A stretch of 64,000 nt of DNA from an uncultured Helicobacter sp. (GTDB lineage Bacteria > Campylobacterota > Campylobacteria > Campylobacterales > Helicobacteraceae): positions 15,061 to 79,060 of the forward strand of contig CAYXGY010000005.1 in assembly GCA_964464895.1 (NCBI GenBank). Direction: 5' to 3'. The position numbers and the translations under genes were made by a program. Position 1 is the first letter of the stretch. Each line of letters begins with the position of its first letter. Of this stretch, positions 59,275 through 64,000 are shown in pieces. The notes beneath the pieces are model-generated. The model made no database searches and was not told where the DNA came from. It saw nothing but the letters and a program-made list of their open reading frames with translations.

Positions 59275-60126
59275 TTATTTTAGCATAACATCTAAGCCAT
59301 TTTTGGTTGTAATGGGTAAATAAGTGTCGGTGATTTTCACAAACATTGCTCCCTTTGGAATCTCTTTTTGAATGGTTTGTGAAGATTTTTGACTGCTTAT
59401 GATTTCTAAAATATTTAGATTTTTATCAAAAAATATCAATTTGGGATACCATAAGATTCCATTGCTTGACTTGACTTCTAGGCGACTACCTTGCTCAATT
59501 TGATACCAATACTCGCCCTTTAAATTTGCTTTGTGATTCGTTTCGTTAGCTGTCAATTTGGTGGCTTTTGGATATTGAAATGTGCTATTGGTAATCGTGT
59601 AATTCCATTGATGAATACTGCTTCGTTCAATGCTCTGCACTCTATAACCATAGTTGTATAATTTTTCTTGTAGAAGCGTTGGGTCAATTGCATATTCCGT
59701 ATTCATAGAAAGAATAAATTTAAATTTTTGCTCCTCTAGCAAACTTTCTTTGAGCAAAAAATAATAATATCCCATTTCATTTAATATATGATAAAGCACG
59801 CTCGTAAAAGTTGCTGGATTTTCGCTTATACTGAAAGATACTTCAAGCTCCATTGGTTGCTTGAAAGTTAGTTTTAAAAGCCCATTTTGTTTGAGAGTAT
59901 TAGAGATTTTATATAAATCTGGTTGTCCCGCATCATCTAAAAAATATCCTTGATTGTTAAAAAGCCGTTGGATAAACTTTTGATTCGTCTTGTATTCTTG
60001 CACGCCCAAGAGTTGCATTACCTTGTAATCAATCGGATTTTGCATTGCAGGAGTTTGCGCATAAAGCTGAATTGCAAGTAAATCAAAAAGAATCGCAAGG
60101 AGAAACCATTGGGGAATTTTTACCAC
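59275..60126 (-). CDS. secreted/periplasmic protein of unknown function
   Basis: 283 aa with an N-terminal signal-like segment (WFLLAILFDLLAIQLYAQ). Confidence 0.45.
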   Translation of the reverse strand: MVKIPQWFLLAILFDLLAIQLYAQTPAMQNPIDYKVMQLLGVQEYKTNQKFIQRLFNNQGYFLDDAGQPDLYKISNTLKQNGLLKLTFKQPMELEVSFSISENPATFTSVLYHILNEMGYYYFLLKESLLEEQKFKFILSMNTEYAIDPTLLQEKLYNYGYRVQSIERSSIHQWNYTITNSTFQYPKATKLTANETNHKANLKGEYWYQIEQGSRLEVKSSNGILWYPKLIFFDKNLNILEIISSQKSSQTIQKEIPKGAMFVKITDTYLPITTKNGLDVMLK

Positions 60127-61052
60127 CCTAATCCCCTCGTGTATTGGTTGTATTGGGCGAGTGTGATTTCGCTAAAATTTCCCGCTTCATCTACCATAAA
60201 AAGCATTTTTTCTGCTTTATTATAGTTGGTAAGTTCGCCATCTAGATTTAAATCTAGCATTCCGTGTCCTGTAACAATGGTTTGCGGACGCGTTAAATCA
60301 ATCTCGACAGAAGTATTTGTAAGGAGCGAATTTTTTTTCCGTGTATCCAAATAAACGATTCCAATCCAAACATTGGAACGTGGGATAATTTCTAGCTTGC
60401 GCACTGCGGTGGCTTTGATTGGTTCTGCTGGTGTGGTTTGCTCAGGACTTTGTTCTGTATTGGTTGTCTGTGGCAATTCATTAATAGGAGCAGAAGCAGA
60501 TGCGTCTAAAGAATGATTCATTGGTAATGGTTCGGTATGGGCAGGCGTGTCGTTTATCGTATTGGTTGTCGCGTTATTTTCTGCCTCGCTTGTGTTTTCA
60601 ATCTGGCTTTCTGTTGCGTTTTGAGCGACTAGGGATTCTGTTTGCGCTGATTTTTGAGCAGTGGAATCTTTGGCTGGAGTAAGGTTGGTGAAATTGGTAT
60701 AAACATAGAATCCAACCCCCAATAAAATAATTGCAATTGCACCCAAAATAGTATATTGTTTGGAATTATTTTGTTTCGTCATTTCGTGTGTAATCTTGTA
60801 ATTAATGACGGCTTCTAAGTCTTCTGTTTTTTGTTTGTGGTTGTTACAAAATTCATTGTATTCTTCTTGCCACTTTTGCAAATCTACATTATACTCTCGC
60901 TCTAAAATTTTGATTAGCCCGATTGTAGTTGTGCGGTCGTGTAATTCTTCAAAGTTAGAATCCAAGATGAATTGGATTTTGTTTAATGCCATATGTGTAT
61001 GCTTGGAGATTTCTTTCGCCCCAATTTTTTTTAATTTTTCAATATCTTCCAT
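60120..61052 (-). CDS. RodZ-like protein (N-terminal HTH, one TM, low-complexity linker, C-terminal beta domain)
   Basis: Architecture only: an HTH-like N-terminus, a TM (TILGAIAIILLGVGFYVY) and a Thr/Asn/Glu/Gln-rich linker. Confidence 0.45.
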   Translation of the reverse strand: MEDIEKLKKIGAKEISKHTHMALNKIQFILDSNFEELHDRTTTIGLIKILEREYNVDLQKWQEEYNEFCNNHKQKTEDLEAVINYKITHEMTKQNNSKQYTILGAIAIILLGVGFYVYTNFTNLTPAKDSTAQKSAQTESLVAQNATESQIENTSEAENNATTNTINDTPAHTEPLPMNHSLDASASAPINELPQTTNTEQSPEQTTPAEPIKATAVRKLEIIPRSNVWIGIVYLDTRKKNSLLTNTSVEIDLTRPQTIVTGHGMLDLNLDGELTNYNKAEKMLFMVDEAGNFSEITLAQYNQYTRGLGW

Positions 61053-61725
61053 TGATTATCCTATCTATTAAAATTGCCCCCGCTGTGCTCACATTGAGAG
61101 AATCAAATTCTCTTTTTTGTGGAATGGTTAAATTTGTGTCCATTTTTTTTAAGATTTTATGACTTAAACCCTCCATTTCGTTGCCCAAAAATAACGCTTT
61201 TCTACCCTTTGGTATTTGCGTTAGATTCACACCCTTTGGACTTGTTCCATAAAGAGTAAAATGAGCCAATTTAAGCTCATTGGCAACATCTAGCGCATTA
61301 TGTACCACCGCAAAGGGCATATCTAGCATTGCGCCTGCGCTTGTGCGCAACGCCCCTTCTTGCTTCAATTCCTTTAAGCCGCAAATGACGATTCCATCTA
61401 CCCCAAGCACATAACTACTGCGAAAGAGTGCCCCAAGATTCCCTACATCATTAATGCCACACAGCACAAGCACAAAAGACATCGTTTTAATTGCGTTAAA
61501 CTCCAATGGCTCAAGAGGGGAAATCTCCAGCAAATAGCCCTGATGATTGCCTCCTTTTGCTAAGGCTTGTGCCTTTTTGGAATCTATACGCAATAGAGGA
61601 ACATTAAGCTTTGCAAAAGCATTAAATTGCTTTTTATCAATCTCTTTTGCAAGGTAAATGGTTTGTATTTTTTCGCGATGTTTTAAAAGAACAAGTTCAG
61701 CAATGCGCTTCCCATAAACAATCAT
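61039..61725 (-). CDS. TrmH/SpoU-family RNA 2'-O-methyltransferase (RlmB-like)
   Basis: SpoU motifs: NDVGNLGALFRS, LFLGNEMEGLS, SLNVSTAGAI. Confidence 0.8.
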   Translation of the reverse strand: MIVYGKRIAELVLLKHREKIQTIYLAKEIDKKQFNAFAKLNVPLLRIDSKKAQALAKGGNHQGYLLEISPLEPLEFNAIKTMSFVLVLCGINDVGNLGALFRSSYVLGVDGIVICGLKELKQEGALRTSAGAMLDMPFAVVHNALDVANELKLAHFTLYGTSPKGVNLTQIPKGRKALFLGNEMEGLSHKILKKMDTNLTIPQKREFDSLNVSTAGAILIDRIINGRY

Positions 61726-61758
61726 TGATTTTATCCTATTTTTTCTTAAAATTTTTGT

Positions 61759-62592
61759 TTATTTTGTCAATTGTGCATAATATTCACTTGCATTTCCGCC
61801 TTTTAATTTTGCCAAAATTTTTGCTTTAATTTTGGGCGGAATCTCTAAGTTGAGTAGCATTTCTTGTGTTAGCACTTTTTCTTCTAGATTTTGGGGTGTT
61901 TTTTCAAGGACAATCACCCATTCACCCTTGAGAAACGCAGAATCTCGGGCGTAATTTTGCAAAAAGGATTCTTTGATTTGCATTAGTGTGCCCTTGAAAG
62001 TTTGTTGGTATTTTTTGGTGAGCTCTTTTGCCAAAAATACTTCACGTTTGGAATCAATTTGTGTCATTAATTCTAAAGTCTCTAATAATCTATGTGGAGA
62101 TTCGTAAAAAACAATAGGATAAAGACTTTTAAAGGCTTGTTGCAAAGATTGCAAACGCTCTTTTACCTTGTGTGGTAAGAATCCCAAGAAACTAAACTCT
62201 TTCTCTATGATTCCACTAAAGGCAACTGCTAGAGTTACCGCACTGATTCCTCCTAAAACTTCATAAGGCAGGTGATGAGATTGCAAAAATCTCACAAGTT
62301 CTACTCCGGGGTCGCTAATGCAAGGCATTCCTGCATCACTTAGAAAACCAATGTTTTGGTTAAAGAAATCTAATGTCATCTGACTTAAAAACTGGGATTG
62401 GTTATGCGTATGAAAAGCGAAATATTGATAGTCTTTAGCAGGTAAAAGTCCGCGTTCCATTAGTAGTGTAATGAGCTTTTTGCTTATTCTTGTGTCCTCG
62501 CACAAAAGCACTTCGCATTGCTTCAAAGCCTCTAATGTACGTAATGTAATGTCTTGTAGGTTACCAATTGGAGTTGGTAGGAAAGTAACCAT
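61759..62592 (-). CDS. rsmI: 16S rRNA (cytidine1402-2'-O)-methyltransferase
   Basis: TPIGNLQDITLRTLEAL and CEDTR at the N-terminus, and SDAGMPCISDPG. Confidence 0.9.
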   Translation of the reverse strand: MVTFLPTPIGNLQDITLRTLEALKQCEVLLCEDTRISKKLITLLMERGLLPAKDYQYFAFHTHNQSQFLSQMTLDFFNQNIGFLSDAGMPCISDPGVELVRFLQSHHLPYEVLGGISAVTLAVAFSGIIEKEFSFLGFLPHKVKERLQSLQQAFKSLYPIVFYESPHRLLETLELMTQIDSKREVFLAKELTKKYQQTFKGTLMQIKESFLQNYARDSAFLKGEWVIVLEKTPQNLEEKVLTQEMLLNLEIPPKIKAKILAKLKGGNASEYYAQLTK

Positions 62593-62610
62593 ATTCCAAT
62601 CAATAAAGGA

Positions 62611-62814
62611 TTATTTGAGATTGTATCTTTGTTTGAATTTTTCAACTCTTCCCGCAGTATCTACAACCTTATCAGACCCTGTGTAGAAAGGGTGGCAGAA
62701 AGAGGAAATATCAATTCTTAATTCTGGTTTGACACTCATCACTTCAATTTGTTTTCCGCTTGTAACACAAGTTACTTTGCAGGGGACATATTCGGGGTGG
62801 ATTCCTTTTTTCAT
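62611..62814 (-). CDS. rpmE: 50S ribosomal protein L31
   Basis: MKKGIHPEY start and CHPFYTG motif. Trimmed to the internal ATG. Confidence 0.9.
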   Translation of the reverse strand: MKKGIHPEYVPCKVTCVTSGKQIEVMSVKPELRIDISSFCHPFYTGSDKVVDTAGRVEKFKQRYNLK

Positions 62815-62953
62815 AAAACAAGCCTTTAAAATAATCAAAATAAAATGCGAATCATATCTAAAAAATACTAAGATTTAACATAAATTTTAAAAATTTTTAG
62901 CATATTTTTGTTAAACTTTTTGCTTTAGTTTGAGATATAAAATCGGAGCAAAA

Positions 62954-64000
62954 ATGATTACCCCACGCACTCTAAGCGGTTTTAAAGACAGGCTTCCTAA
63001 GGAATCTTATGCGAAGTCAAAAATGTTAAGAAGCATTGTAGAATCCTTTGAAAAATTTGGCTTCTCTCCTATTGAAACGCCACATTTAGAATATGCAGAG
63101 ATTCTCAAAAAACAAGGCAGTGAGGAAATCCAAAAAGAAATGTATCATTTCTTAGACCACGGAGGACGCGAAGTGGCGTTGCGGTTTGATTTGACCGTTC
63201 CGCTAGCGCGTTTTATTGCGCAATACAAAAATGAATTGGGCTTGCCTTTTAAGCGGTATTGTATCGGCAATGTGTTTCGTGGTGAAAGGGCGCAAAAGGG
63301 AAGATATAGAGAATTTACGCAATGTGATTTTGACTTTATCGGCACGCGAAGTATAGGAGCAGACGCGGAGATTGTCCAAGTGATTTATCAGACTTTGCGT
63401 CATTTGGGTGTGGAGCATTTCACGATTCATCTCAATAACCGCAAAATCTTTAATGGTTTAATGGAATCTTTAGGTGCAGAGGCACAAACGATTGAAGTGC
63501 TAAGAATCATTGATAAGATTGACAAAATCGGGCGGGAGAGTGTGTGTGAGGAACTGCAAGCCAAAACTTCCCTAAGCAGTGAAAATATCGTAATGCTTTT
63601 GGATTTTATTGCACAAAGACAACAAGGAAGCGCATTAGAATTTTTGCATAAGTTAGAATCCTATAAGAAATTGAATGCCACTTTAACGGAGGGTGTCAAT
63701 GAACTTGTTGCACTTTGTGAGCTATTAGAACCTCTGATTCCTCAAGAATTTTATCAAATCAATCTTTCTATTGCGCGTGGGCTTGGATATTATACAGGAA
63801 TCATTTATGAGACGACATTGGACGATTTGCCAAGCTTGGGCTCTGTTTGCTCGGGCGGACGCTACGATAATCTGACGCAAAATTTTTCCAACGATTCTTT
63901 AAGCGGCGTGGGCGCGAGTATCGGGCTAGATAGAATGCTAGCAGGATTGGAAGAGTTAGGCTTGATGCGCAGTAGTGCAAATGTCGCGAATGCCTTGTTG
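62954..64000 (+). CDS. hisS: histidine--tRNA ligase, 5' 349 codons (runs off the right edge)
   Basis: ATG at 62954 reads MITPRTLSGFKDRLPKE..., with LRFDLTVPLARF, FRGERAQKGRYREFTQCD and GGRYDNL. It is absent from the ORF track because there is no stop in the window. Confidence 0.9.
   Translation, partial: MITPRTLSGFKDRLPKESYAKSKMLRSIVESFEKFGFSPIETPHLEYAEILKKQGSEEIQKEMYHFLDHGGREVALRFDLTVPLARFIAQYKNELGLPFKRYCIGNVFRGERAQKGRYREFTQCDFDFIGTRSIGADAEIVQVIYQTLRHLGVEHFTIHLNNRKIFNGLMESLGAEAQTIEVLRIIDKIDKIGRESVCEELQAKTSLSSENIVMLLDFIAQRQQGSALEFLHKLESYKKLNATLTEGVNELVALCELLEPLIPQEFYQINLSIARGLGYYTGIIYETTLDDLPSLGSVCSGGRYDNLTQNFSNDSLSGVGASIGLDRMLAGLEELGLMRSSANVANALL

Overview
This is a 64-kb chromosomal window from an AT-rich epsilonproteobacterium, most consistent with a non-pylori Helicobacter. 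That assignment rests on local gene orders I remember from Helicobacter genomes (flgI/rod-binding protein/flgS, pyrH-rpoZ-spoT-tyrS-fabK-like-amiA, speE-coaE, gatA-guaB); it is recall, not a search. Most of the window is housekeeping: an amino-acid ABC transporter, the flagellar P-ring operon, pgk, corA, recO, thiG, nnr, pyrH, spoT, tyrS, trpB, rarA, pepD, a cmeABC/hefABC-like RND efflux operon, ilvE, hisIE, pdxA, gatA, guaB, a FixI/CcoI-type P-type ATPase, rsmI, rpmE and hisS. There are three tRNAs (Arg-TCG, Ala-GGC, Arg-GCG). Accessory or unusual content: (1) Four Type II restriction-modification modules. One is wedged between the two permease genes of the ABC operon. Three sit in tandem downstream of ilvD, and the ilvD-proximal one is bracketed by a 35-bp direct duplication of the ilvD 3' end. 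(2) A GC-rich, apparently foreign ilvD carrying an in-frame, AT-rich, roughly 200-codon GNAT-like insertion. I consider this the most novel item. (3) A (CT)8 dinucleotide repeat that puts a P-loop kinase-like gene out of frame (phase-variation candidate). (4) A 21-codon leader ORF with tandem Trp codons and a terminator-like hairpin in front of an orphan trpB. (5) A sigma54 promoter in front of flgI-flgS. (6) Several mini-ORFs absent from the ORF track, and an XRE repressor gene with two palindromic operator-like sites. (7) A several-fold over-representation of GAATC/GATTC. I saw no CRISPR array, rRNA, IS element or prophage. All small-feature coordinates and all counts were made by hand from the sequence. 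Family assignments come from motif recognition, not database searches.
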